Source of the DNA: Phycisphaeraceae bacterium
Lineage (GTDB): Bacteria > Planctomycetota > Phycisphaerae > Phycisphaerales > Zrk34
Assembly (NCBI GenBank): GCA_040905565.1
Contig: JBBDRF010000012.1
Coordinates: 1-64,000, forward strand
DNA length: 64,000 nucleotides
Direction: 5' to 3'
The notes beneath the pieces were generated by a model. It was not told the DNA's origin. It made no database searches and worked only from the letters and a program-made list of their open reading frames with translations. Positions 23,940 through 32,258 of the stretch are shown piece by piece. The position numbers and the translations under genes are program-made. Numbering within the stretch: the first letter of the stretch is position 1; each line of letters opens with the position of its first letter.

Positions 23940-26900
23940 ATGTTTCTTGTGCTCGGCTCGGCCATCGGCTGGACCCTCGCCGCCATTGTTACCCTGGGCG
24001 TCACCGTTCCGACCGCCATCTATCTTCGCAAACGCACCGTCGAACTTGATGCGCGAGAGGCCCGGCTGCCTAACGCGAGTCGATTTGAGGACGTAGACGG
24101 TCGGCTGCGCGATCGGGAGGTGGAACTGGCAACGCTCGAGGCGAAGCTGGAAACGGCAAGGGAAACGATCGCCCGGAGCGAGGAGGCGCAGCGCTGGCTG
24201 GAGTCGCACGATGAACGGCTGAAGACCGTGGAATCTGAACGCCGGGAGGCCGACGAGCTACGCGATGGGCTGGATCGGCTTCGGCTTGATCTGGAAGAAC
24301 GCACCCGGCGGGAGGCCCGGCTGAAGCAGGAGCTGGGCACGCTGGAGTCCAAGCGGGAGCAGATGGAGAATCGGCTGATCGACCTGGAAACGCAGCTGCG
24401 CGAACGGCAGGGCGAGGCGAAGTCGACGCGGGAACAGGTTGAATCGCTGCAGGCGAAGCGGGCGGAACTGAAAACGGAAGTTGGCGAACTCGACGCAGTC
24501 GCAAGACGGCAGCGGGAGCTTAAAGAACAGGTCGCTTCGCTGAGTGAGGACCATCAGCAGCTGAAGGATCGGCTGGCCGACGCGCAGCTTAAGCACACGC
24601 AATTCGTCGAGCAGATCAATGCGGCGGAGCAGACGCTGAATCAGCGGAACGCTACGGTGGCGGAACTGAGCGAACGGCTGGAATCGTTGCAGGCGCAGCG
24701 GGGGGCGCTCAAGACCGAGATCGCGGACCTTGAGCGGCTGCGTGAAGAACATCGCACGTTGCGGCAGCAAGTTGACGAGCTTGGCGGGAAGCGTTCGTGG
24801 CTGAGCGACGAGATCCAGACGCAGACGAACATGCGCGATCGGACGCGTGAGCAGGCCGAAGCCGTGGCCGCTGAGCTTGAAGGGAAAACGGCATCGCTTG
24901 AACGTGTGAACGAAGATCACGCAGCAATCTCGCAGCGGCACGAGCAGTTGCAGGAGCAGGTGGCCGACCTTGAGAAGCTGCGCGATGAACATGGCTCGTT
25001 GACCGAGCAGGTGGATGAACTGACGACGCAGCGGAATCAGCTCAACGAGCAGTTCCGGGTGCTGGAGAGTCGGCGTGATCGGACGCGGGAACAGCTTGAT
25101 CTGGTGGCGGGGGACCTGAACACACGCACCCAGGCGCTGGATGCGGCCAGGGCGGAGCATGAATCGCTGCAGGCGAAACGCGGGCCGTTGAAGCAGGAGG
25201 TGGCGGACCTTGAACGCCTGCGCACCGAGTGCCAGGAACTGCGGCAACGCGTGGAGGAGCTGGATAACCGACGTGCCACGCTCACCGAAGAACTGCGGCA
25301 CAGCGAGTACCAACGCGACCGCGCCCGCGAACAGCTGGACACGATCAGCGGCGAGCTGAGCGCGAAGACCGAGGCGCTTCAGGCGGCGAGCGATGAGCAC
25401 GAAACGCTGATGGCGAAGCGCGGCGGGCTGCGGCAGGAAGTGGCGGAACTCGAAGCACTGGCCGAACGGCAGAAGCAGCTTGATCAGGACGTGCGGGAGC
25501 TGGCGGACCGTCGGGCGAACCTCGACGAGAGCGTCTCGGCTGGCGAGGCGCGACATGAACGGCTGACGACGGACCTCTCGGAACTCAGCGAGCAGATCGC
25601 CAACGGACGAGCTTCGCTTGAGGAGCTTGAGCGCCACGTGCAGGCGGTCACCGATGAGCGGAACACGCTGAAGGCGGAGGTGGCGGACCTGACCGAACTT
25701 TCGAAGACGCACGGCGAACTGAAGCGCACGGTCGGCGAGCTTTCTCAAAGGCAGGAACGATTGGTTAGCGAAGTTGCAGCGGCTGAATTCAAGCTGTCGC
25801 AGAAGCAGGACGAGCACGGGGCCATCAGCGAGAAGCTTGAGAAGGCGAGCGGTTCGCTCAACGAAGTGCGCGATCGTGTGGAGCAGTTGACGCAGCAGCG
25901 GGCGGAACTCGGGGCGGGCGTTTCCGAGCTAACGGTGCAATCAGAATCACGCAGCGAGCAGGTGGCGGAGCTTGCGGAACGGCTGGCGGGGCATCAGCGC
26001 GAGCTCAACGAAACGAAGGCAGCTTTGGATGCGGATCGCAAAAGCTACCGGCAGATGAGCGAGGAAGTGGAGGGCCTGATCGCCCGGCGGGGGCAGCTTG
26101 AGCAGACGATCGCGGTGCTGGAGGAGACGCTGAAAGAGATGCGGCTGCAGGCGGGGTATCGGGGATCGAACGCGGGGCCGTTGTCGGAGCTGTGGAAGCC
26201 GGCGTTGGTGAAGAGTGAGTTTGTTGGCCCGCGTGATGAGGATGAATCGTCGTGCCTGGCGCACGTCACGCAGTACATGAAGGACCTGGGGTTGATCTTC
26301 CCGCAGCGGCTGCTGCATGCGTTCCACACGGCGGTGAAGGTAAACGAGGTTTCGCCGTTGGTGGTGCTGGCCGGGATCAGCGGCACGGGCAAGAGCGAGT
26401 TGGCCCGACGATATTCCGAGGCCATGGGTATGCACTTTCTGAACCTGGCGGTGCAGCCGCGTTGGGACAGTCCGCAGGATATGTTCGGCTTCTTTAACTA
26501 TCTGGAGAACCAGTATCGGGCGACCGATCTGGCGCGGGCGCTGGTGCAGATGGATCCGTTCGCCGACGAAGCGGATCGCGGATGGGATCGGCCGGAGGGC
26601 TGGGATGAGCATCTTTCGGATCGCATGCTGCTGGTGCTGCTGGATGAAATGAACCTGGCGCGCGTGGAGTACTACTTCAGTGAGTTCTTGAGTCGGCTGG
26701 AGATTCGGCGGGGTATCGACAAGCTGACGCCTGTGCAGCGACGGCAGGCGGAGATCGTGCTGGAGGTGGGCATGCACGGTGCGGGCGATCCGACGATGCG
26801 GCTGTTCGTCGATTCGAACGTGCTGTTCGTCGGCACGATCAATGAAGACGAAACGACGCAGACACTTTCAGACAAGGTGGTGGATCGGTCGAACATCCTT

Positions 26901-27470
26901 TCGTTCGGCAGGCCCGGCAGGCTGAGCACGCGGGGCGGGAAGAAGCGGGACGTGAAGCGGGTGGATCGGTTCCTCTCCTACGACCGCTGGCAGCAGTGGC
27001 TGCGGACGGATCGCGACCTCACAGCTGATCACGATAAGCAGCTTGACCGTTGGGTCGATCAGCTCGGCGACGCGATGGCGGGCATCGGCAAGCCGTTCGC
27101 TTTCCGCACGCACTTGGCGATGCGGACCTACGCTGCGAACTACCCGGATCGCAGCGACGCGGGCTTGAGGCTGGCCGTGGCGGACCAGGTGGAGCAGAAG
27201 ATTCTGCCGAAGTTCCGAGGCCTGGATCCGAACGATGCGCCGGTCGCCCGCGCGCTGGATCAGGTGACGGCCCTTGCCGAAACGTGCAGCGATATGGCAC
27301 TGGCCGACGCAATCGAGCGCAGCCGGCATGCGGGGATCAGCGACCATCAGTTCACGTTCCGTGGCGTCGATCGGCTGGCGGACCCGGTTGAGGCGCCGGC
27401 AGTGAGTGACGGGGCTTCGGCTGATTCGGCGAGCAGCAGCAATGCCGGGGCACGCCCCGCGGAGGGTTGA
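23940..27470 (+). CDS. Membrane-anchored long coiled-coil protein with C-terminal McrB-family AAA+ GTPase
   Basis: N-terminal TM followed by RKR, ~700 aa of heptad sequence, Walker A LAGISGTGKS, VQPRWDSPQDMFGF, Walker B LLDEMNLARVEYYFSEFLS, GTINEDETTQTLSDKVVDR. AGGAG RBS. Confidence 0.9.
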   Translation: MFLVLGSAIGWTLAAIVTLGVTVPTAIYLRKRTVELDAREARLPNASRFEDVDGRLRDREVELATLEAKLETARETIARSEEAQRWLESHDERLKTVESERREADELRDGLDRLRLDLEERTRREARLKQELGTLESKREQMENRLIDLETQLRERQGEAKSTREQVESLQAKRAELKTEVGELDAVARRQRELKEQVASLSEDHQQLKDRLADAQLKHTQFVEQINAAEQTLNQRNATVAELSERLESLQAQRGALKTEIADLERLREEHRTLRQQVDELGGKRSWLSDEIQTQTNMRDRTREQAEAVAAELEGKTASLERVNEDHAAISQRHEQLQEQVADLEKLRDEHGSLTEQVDELTTQRNQLNEQFRVLESRRDRTREQLDLVAGDLNTRTQALDAARAEHESLQAKRGPLKQEVADLERLRTECQELRQRVEELDNRRATLTEELRHSEYQRDRAREQLDTISGELSAKTEALQAASDEHETLMAKRGGLRQEVAELEALAERQKQLDQDVRELADRRANLDESVSAGEARHERLTTDLSELSEQIANGRASLEELERHVQAVTDERNTLKAEVADLTELSKTHGELKRTVGELSQRQERLVSEVAAAEFKLSQKQDEHGAISEKLEKASGSLNEVRDRVEQLTQQRAELGAGVSELTVQSESRSEQVAELAERLAGHQRELNETKAALDADRKSYRQMSEEVEGLIARRGQLEQTIAVLEETLKEMRLQAGYRGSNAGPLSELWKPALVKSEFVGPRDEDESSCLAHVTQYMKDLGLIFPQRLLHAFHTAVKVNEVSPLVVLAGISGTGKSELARRYSEAMGMHFLNLAVQPRWDSPQDMFGFFNYLENQYRATDLARALVQMDPFADEADRGWDRPEGWDEHLSDRMLLVLLDEMNLARVEYYFSEFLSRLEIRRGIDKLTPVQRRQAEIVLEVGMHGAGDPTMRLFVDSNVLFVGTINEDETTQTLSDKVVDRSNILSFGRPGRLSTRGGKKRDVKRVDRFLSYDRWQQWLRTDRDLTADHDKQLDRWVDQLGDAMAGIGKPFAFRTHLAMRTYAANYPDRSDAGLRLAVADQVEQKILPKFRGLDPNDAPVARALDQVTALAETCSDMALADAIERSRHAGISDHQFTFRGVDRLADPVEAPAVSDGASADSASSSNAGARPAEG
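24441..25940 (+). repeat. Intragenic 240-nt (80-aa) period repeat, about six units
   Basis: Units start at 24441, 24681, 24921, 25161, 25401 and 25641, with a partial unit at 25881 (ESLQAKR..LK.EVADLE.L). Confidence 0.85.
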
Positions 27471-27473
27471 CGG

Positions 27474-29216
27474 ATGCGGACGCACATCGGCGACAGTGCC
27501 GTGGTCTGCCCGTGGGACATTTCGCCGGAGGTCGGCACGACGCTGACTTCGGAGGGTGACCGGTGCGTGCTGGTGACATCGGGCGACGTGCAGCGGGTGG
27601 TGCTGAGTGTGTCCGGCGAATCGCTGCCGTTGCTGGCCACCTTTGCGGACCATCGGCGGATGGTGTGGCGAAAGTTTGAACTGCCCGCAGCCGATCACGT
27701 CGGCCGAGCGCCGATCGCTGAAAACATCGTGCTGAAGCTCTTCACCGAGGCGGATTATCCGGTCACGCTTCGGGTGAATCTTTGCAACGCGCTGGCCCGG
27801 CCGATGGGGCGCGAGGAGGCGGAATCGGGCGAGACGCTGGAGGATTACGCCACGGCCATCGAAGGCACGCGACTGCCCTGGAGCGAGGCGGCCGAGGCGG
27901 CGGACGGGCTGATTCATCGGCAACTGGAACTGATCAATCGGCTGTACGATTCGGTCGATGTCGACCGCGAGATGTTTTGGGACAACCCCGGCGGCGGTGT
28001 CGGAGCGTGGCCCCTTAGGCGGCTCGTCCAGGCGTGGCGCGAGGCGGATTTCGATGGCGACGCAAGCCGGCGTGATGATGAGGGGATCGTCAAACTCAGC
28101 CGACGGCTGACGCGGCTGCTTAACGATGTGTGCCATCGCCCGCGGAAGTACCTGACTCGCAAGCGTGAGATTCTTCCGGCGGAGCGCGTGCGTGAGGTCG
28201 ACTCGGCCTGTGTGCGATGGCTTGCGAGGCAGCCGGGGCAGGGCCGGCGGATGGTCGAACGCGTCGGCGTGAAGCGGCAGGCGATGGGGGTCGTGCGGTA
28301 TGAAACCGCGGACACGGTGGAGAACCGCGTCGTCCGCGATTTGATTCGGCGGGCGAAGGGGGAGTGTCGGCGGGTGCTTGATCGGCGGAGCATGGAAGAG
28401 GGCACCGACGACGCGGTGGCGACGGAACTCGCTGTGTTCACCGAGATGCTCAGCCGGCTCGAGCGTGAATCACCCCTCGCCGACGTGCAGCCGATGAACG
28501 GCGTGCCGAGGCCGAACCATGTCATCGGGCGCGACCCACGCTACCGGGCGCTGTGGCGCGCGTACATGACGCTGGTCAAACGGCAGCAGCAGCGTGACCG
28601 GACGTGGCGCTGGCGGCGGCGCATCTGGGCGGAAGCGTGTCTGCTGGGGACGCTGGCGGCACTGGAAAACATCGCCTCGGCGGCCTCGGCGTGGCGCTCG
28701 CCGATGCTGATGAGGCCTGAGGAACAGTGCGGCCGATTCATCGATCCGCGCACCGCGGTCGGCCGCTGGGACCTGCCCGACGTCGGCGAGAGCGGGGCGA
28801 CGCTGCTGTGGCTCGACGGCCATCAGCTTCACCAATACCAGACGCCGACGCGGCTGCCGGAACAGTTACTGCGGCTGTGTCCGGATGCGGCACTGGTGTT
28901 GCGCGACGGCCGAAAGCCTGACCAGATGCCGCTGCGGATCGTGGGCATTTGGGCGGTGCTCGGTTTTGATCTCGAAGCGGATCAACTGCGAAGGCGAACG
29001 CAGGAACTGGGAGCGGCGCTCCGCCTTGTGCCTGGCGCGACGCAGATGCGGGGGCTGCTGCTGCTGCCCGATGGATTCGTCGGGCGAACGGGGACCAAGG
29101 AAGCGAGCGCCGATCGCGTGTGGCTGGACCCGTGCCTGGGCTTGCGTCTGCCGATGCCGGTGCAACGCAGCGAGGCGCTACTCGAAGCGGCGATCCGCGA
29201 GGTGGTCACCAGATGA
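27474..29216 (+). CDS. DUF2357-type McrC-like protein
   Basis: PRKYLTRKREILPAERVREVDSACVRWLARQPG, ADTVENRVV, PRPNHVIGRDPRYRALW. Starts 3 nt after the McrB-like gene. Confidence 0.8.
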   Translation: MRTHIGDSAVVCPWDISPEVGTTLTSEGDRCVLVTSGDVQRVVLSVSGESLPLLATFADHRRMVWRKFELPAADHVGRAPIAENIVLKLFTEADYPVTLRVNLCNALARPMGREEAESGETLEDYATAIEGTRLPWSEAAEAADGLIHRQLELINRLYDSVDVDREMFWDNPGGGVGAWPLRRLVQAWREADFDGDASRRDDEGIVKLSRRLTRLLNDVCHRPRKYLTRKREILPAERVREVDSACVRWLARQPGQGRRMVERVGVKRQAMGVVRYETADTVENRVVRDLIRRAKGECRRVLDRRSMEEGTDDAVATELAVFTEMLSRLERESPLADVQPMNGVPRPNHVIGRDPRYRALWRAYMTLVKRQQQRDRTWRWRRRIWAEACLLGTLAALENIASAASAWRSPMLMRPEEQCGRFIDPRTAVGRWDLPDVGESGATLLWLDGHQLHQYQTPTRLPEQLLRLCPDAALVLRDGRKPDQMPLRIVGIWAVLGFDLEADQLRRRTQELGAALRLVPGATQMRGLLLLPDGFVGRTGTKEASADRVWLDPCLGLRLPMPVQRSEALLEAAIREVVTR

Positions 29217-30511
29217 GCACGGAGACGAACACGCACGAGCAGGACGTGGCTGCATCGCTCGTCACCACGGTGGGTGTTGAGCTTGATGTGCTGGAGGCGC
29301 ACGTGGCGCGGTGGGTCGGTGGTGACGAGGGGCATGCCGAGAGTTTGTCGTTGGGTGATTTGCCGTTGCCGCCTTCGGTGGTGCTGCCACGTTTTGCGGG
29401 GGAGGGGGTGCAGGCTGACGTGGCATGGCCGGTGCACCCGCGGAGCACAGGAGATCATTGGCCGCCCGAGGCGCGTGTGAGTTTCGCTGAGGGGGAGCGC
29501 GCACCGGCGCGGATGCCGATGGCGTATGCTTGGCCGATGCTGGCGCATGATCTGGCGTGGCAGTGGGAGCCGGCCTCGGATGAAGCACGCGGCCGGCGGG
29601 TGCGATCGATCACAGCGGCCGACGCCGTCGCCCATCTGCTGGCGGGGCTGCGTGATTCGGCGAAGCTTGACCATGCGGAGCAGGTGGTCGTGGTGCCGAC
29701 TTACCTTCAGCGTGCTGCGATGGACGCTTTGCGAGAGGCGGCCGGACGGCGACGGTTGAATGTGCGGTTGGTGAGTGGGGCCGTTGCTGCGGCGATGGGT
29801 TGGATCGGCCTTCAGCCTAAACGCGTCGAGAATCGGGCGACGGTGTTGGCGCTGCATCTGGGGCTCGATGCGTGGGAAGCATCGCTGGTGAACCTGACGC
29901 GGGAGGGCGACGGGGATGATCATCGTGTGCGGGGCAGGGTGCAGGGCGAAGCGCAGCCGCCGCTGCTGAGCGTGGGCATGGAGATGATGCACCGGGTGGC
30001 GGAGCGGGCGGTCGAGATTTCAGCGAAGCAGCAGAACCCGGCCCGGGTTTGGGAACTCATGTGGTGTACGCCCTGGCTTCGCACGGCACTGAACCTGCTG
30101 AGCGATGAGAAGACGACGATTCCGCGAGAGCTTGCGTTCCTTGCGCCACATGTTCAGCGGCAGGAGTTTCTGCGTCAGCAATGTCGCAGTGCCATGCAGC
30201 GAGCGCCGGGGGTGGGGGCGGAGGTGCCGGCCCTGATGCGGCGATACCGCGTTGGGGAAGGTGGTTTCGCCGCGACGCGTGACTGGGTGAACGCGCAGCG
30301 GAAGATGCTGTCTGGCGTGCTGCTGCACGGGGCGATTGTGACGGGGCCGCTGGCGCATGTGCCATATGAGCCGGGGCGTTCGTTCGGCGAGTTTTATCTG
30401 CAGCAGTTCGGCGTGAAGCCGGCTGAGGTGGTGATCGAGGGGCGCGATGTTTCGGCGGGGATTCTCTCGCGTGGGGCCGCTTTGTGGGGCCGCTACCCGT
30501 GGGATGGGTGA
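29213..30511 (+). CDS. Divergent Hsp70/actin-like (ASKHA) nucleotide-binding-domain protein
   Basis: VVVVPTYL..AAMDALREAA...LNVRLVSGAVAAAMGW...VLALHLGLDAWEASLV...AIVTGPL...SRGAAL follows the DnaK NBD motif order. ATGA-coupled to the upstream gene. Confidence 0.65.
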   Translation: MSTETNTHEQDVAASLVTTVGVELDVLEAHVARWVGGDEGHAESLSLGDLPLPPSVVLPRFAGEGVQADVAWPVHPRSTGDHWPPEARVSFAEGERAPARMPMAYAWPMLAHDLAWQWEPASDEARGRRVRSITAADAVAHLLAGLRDSAKLDHAEQVVVVPTYLQRAAMDALREAAGRRRLNVRLVSGAVAAAMGWIGLQPKRVENRATVLALHLGLDAWEASLVNLTREGDGDDHRVRGRVQGEAQPPLLSVGMEMMHRVAERAVEISAKQQNPARVWELMWCTPWLRTALNLLSDEKTTIPRELAFLAPHVQRQEFLRQQCRSAMQRAPGVGAEVPALMRRYRVGEGGFAATRDWVNAQRKMLSGVLLHGAIVTGPLAHVPYEPGRSFGEFYLQQFGVKPAEVVIEGRDVSAGILSRGAALWGRYPWDG

Positions 30512-30716
30512 CCGGGGGAAATGGCGAATGGCGAAAAATTCGAATGACGAAAGAGGGGGGAGCGTCGCATTCGACTAGCCACCGCGTCTGTCTTGCAAGG
30601 TGGGGGGGGTGGTCCGACGGGTTGGTTGCGGTTTGGCCCGATGGTCTGCAACGTTCGCGGCGCATCTGATTCAGTCAGGAAGTGTGCCGTTCGTTGTTGA
30701 GGTGGGAGAGTGCGTG

Positions 30717-31394
30717 ATGCCGGAGCCGTATCGTGATCGCATTGAAGCGGGCGAAGTTCTTGCAGCGACGCTTCGCGAGTTGGCCGATCGGCCTGACGTG
30801 ACGATCTTGGGTCTGCCTCGCGGCGGCGTGCCGGTTGCGGCGGAGGTGGCGACGACGCTGAATCTTCCGCTGGATGTGATGGTGGTGCGGAAACTCGGCG
30901 TTCCAGGTCAGGAAGAACTGGCGATGGGCGCCATCGCAGGCGGCGGCGCCAGTGTGTTGAACGACGCGCTGGTGGCGCAACTGAACATCCCAGCGGACAC
31001 GGTGAATCTGGTCACCGATCGGCAGCGGCGCGAAGTGCAGTATCGCGAGCATCTTTACCGGGGCGAGCAGCCGCCGTTGAGCCTGACCGGGCGGACCGTG
31101 GTGCTTGTTGACGATGGCATCGCGACAGGGGCGACGATGCGGGCCGCAGTCCAAATGGCAAGGCAACTGGGGGCAAATACCGTCATCGTGGCTGTTCCCG
31201 TGGCACCGGATCAGGCGATCGAAAAACTCGCTCGAGTGGCGGACCGGGTGGTGTGCCCGAAGATTCCCGCCGACTTCTATGCCGTGGGACAGTGGTACGA
31301 GAACTTCGAGCAGGTGGGCGACGACGAAGTCAGAGAGTTTCTCAAGCACGCACGCGATCAACGCGCAGAAGGGCAGCGCCATGATGAATCCTAG
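30717..31394 (+). CDS. Phosphoribosyltransferase family protein
   Basis: LGLPRGGVPVA, VRKLGVPGQEELAMGAI, PRPP loop VVLVDDGIATGATM. Confidence 0.92.
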   Translation: MPEPYRDRIEAGEVLAATLRELADRPDVTILGLPRGGVPVAAEVATTLNLPLDVMVVRKLGVPGQEELAMGAIAGGGASVLNDALVAQLNIPADTVNLVTDRQRREVQYREHLYRGEQPPLSLTGRTVVLVDDGIATGATMRAAVQMARQLGANTVIVAVPVAPDQAIEKLARVADRVVCPKIPADFYAVGQWYENFEQVGDDEVREFLKHARDQRAEGQRHDES

Positions 31395-32067
31395 AGCCGT
31401 CGCGCTTCGCACCGAGGTCGAGATTCAATCGGCGAACGTCACGCTTACCGGCGACGTGACCGTCCCGGAGAATGCGACCGGCCTGGTGGTGTTCGCCCAC
31501 GGCAGCGGGTCGAGCCGGTACAGCCCTCGTAATCGGTTCGTCGCGGACCAACTCAATACCGTGGGCTTGGGGACCGTTCTGGTCGATCTGCTGACGCTCG
31601 ACGAAGAGTTTGTCGATCGGCGGACGGCTCACCACCGCTTCGATATCAATCTGCTGGCCGACCGCTTGATCGGCACGATCGATTGGCTCGATGCGCACCC
31701 GCAGACGCAGGGGCTTCGGCTGGGGATGTTCGGCGCGAGCACCGGGGCGGCCGCGGCGCTGGTGGCGGCGGCGGAACGCTCGGAGCGCGTGCGGGCTGTG
31801 GTATCCCGGGGAGGACGCCCGGATCTTGCGGGGCAGGCGCTGACGCAGGTCACGGCCCCGACGCTTTTGATCGTCGGTGAAGCCGATCGGGCCGTGCTGC
31901 AGTTGAATCGGCAGGCGGCAGAGAAGCTCAGCGGCCCTCATGAGCTGAGCATCATTCCCAAGGCTGGGCACCTTTTCGAAGAGCCGGGTGCCCTTGAGCA
32001 GGTGGCCCGTCTGGCGTGTCAGTGGTTTGCCGAGCACTTGGGCGATCCAAGCCGACCATGTCCGTGA
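31381..32067 (+). CDS. Dienelactone hydrolase-family alpha/beta hydrolase
   Basis: FAHGSGSSRYSPRN, FGASTGAAAAL, VSRGGRPDLA, GHLFEEPG. Confidence 0.9.
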   Translation: MMNPRAVALRTEVEIQSANVTLTGDVTVPENATGLVVFAHGSGSSRYSPRNRFVADQLNTVGLGTVLVDLLTLDEEFVDRRTAHHRFDINLLADRLIGTIDWLDAHPQTQGLRLGMFGASTGAAAALVAAAERSERVRAVVSRGGRPDLAGQALTQVTAPTLLIVGEADRAVLQLNRQAAEKLSGPHELSIIPKAGHLFEEPGALEQVARLACQWFAEHLGDPSRPCP

Positions 32068-32154
32068 AGAAGTGGCCCGTCGGGTGCGAGTTGACAGCTC
32101 CGGGCGTTGGAATTGTCATAAGTCCATATCCCTGCTTTGGCGTCTTGGGGATTT

Positions 32155-32166
32155 GGTTTATAAACC
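32155..32166. promoter_or_regulatory. Perfect palindrome GGTTTATAAACC, candidate operator
   Basis: 12-bp inverted repeat in the AT-rich region upstream of a GntR-family regulator. Confidence 0.4.
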
Positions 32167-32224
32167 TCATGTGGTATAGCACTAGCGTAAATGCAAATCT
32201 TGTCGTGCATTGTCGTAATTCGTG

Positions 32225-32252
32225 TTGCAACGGCAGGGTCGCGTGATATGCT
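32225..32252 (+). promoter_or_regulatory. Sigma70-type promoter, putative leaderless start
   Basis: TTGCAA-N16-TATGCT with an extended TG; the ATG at 32259 follows the -10 after 6 nt. Confidence 0.5.
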
Positions 32253-32258
32253 GTGTTC

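Noticed and set aside
23940..27470. SMC/chromosome segregation ATPase call
   Set aside because: Walker A and B are together at the C-terminus with McrB-type motifs; no split ABC head, hinge or LSGG signature
29213..30511. Canonical dnaK
   Set aside because: Phosphate-loop motifs are degenerate, there is no substrate-binding domain, and no dnaJ/grpE nearby
23716..30716. Mobile or defence island boundaries around the McrB-like locus
   Set aside because: No integrase, transposase, tRNA, direct repeats or obvious compositional shift seen by eye
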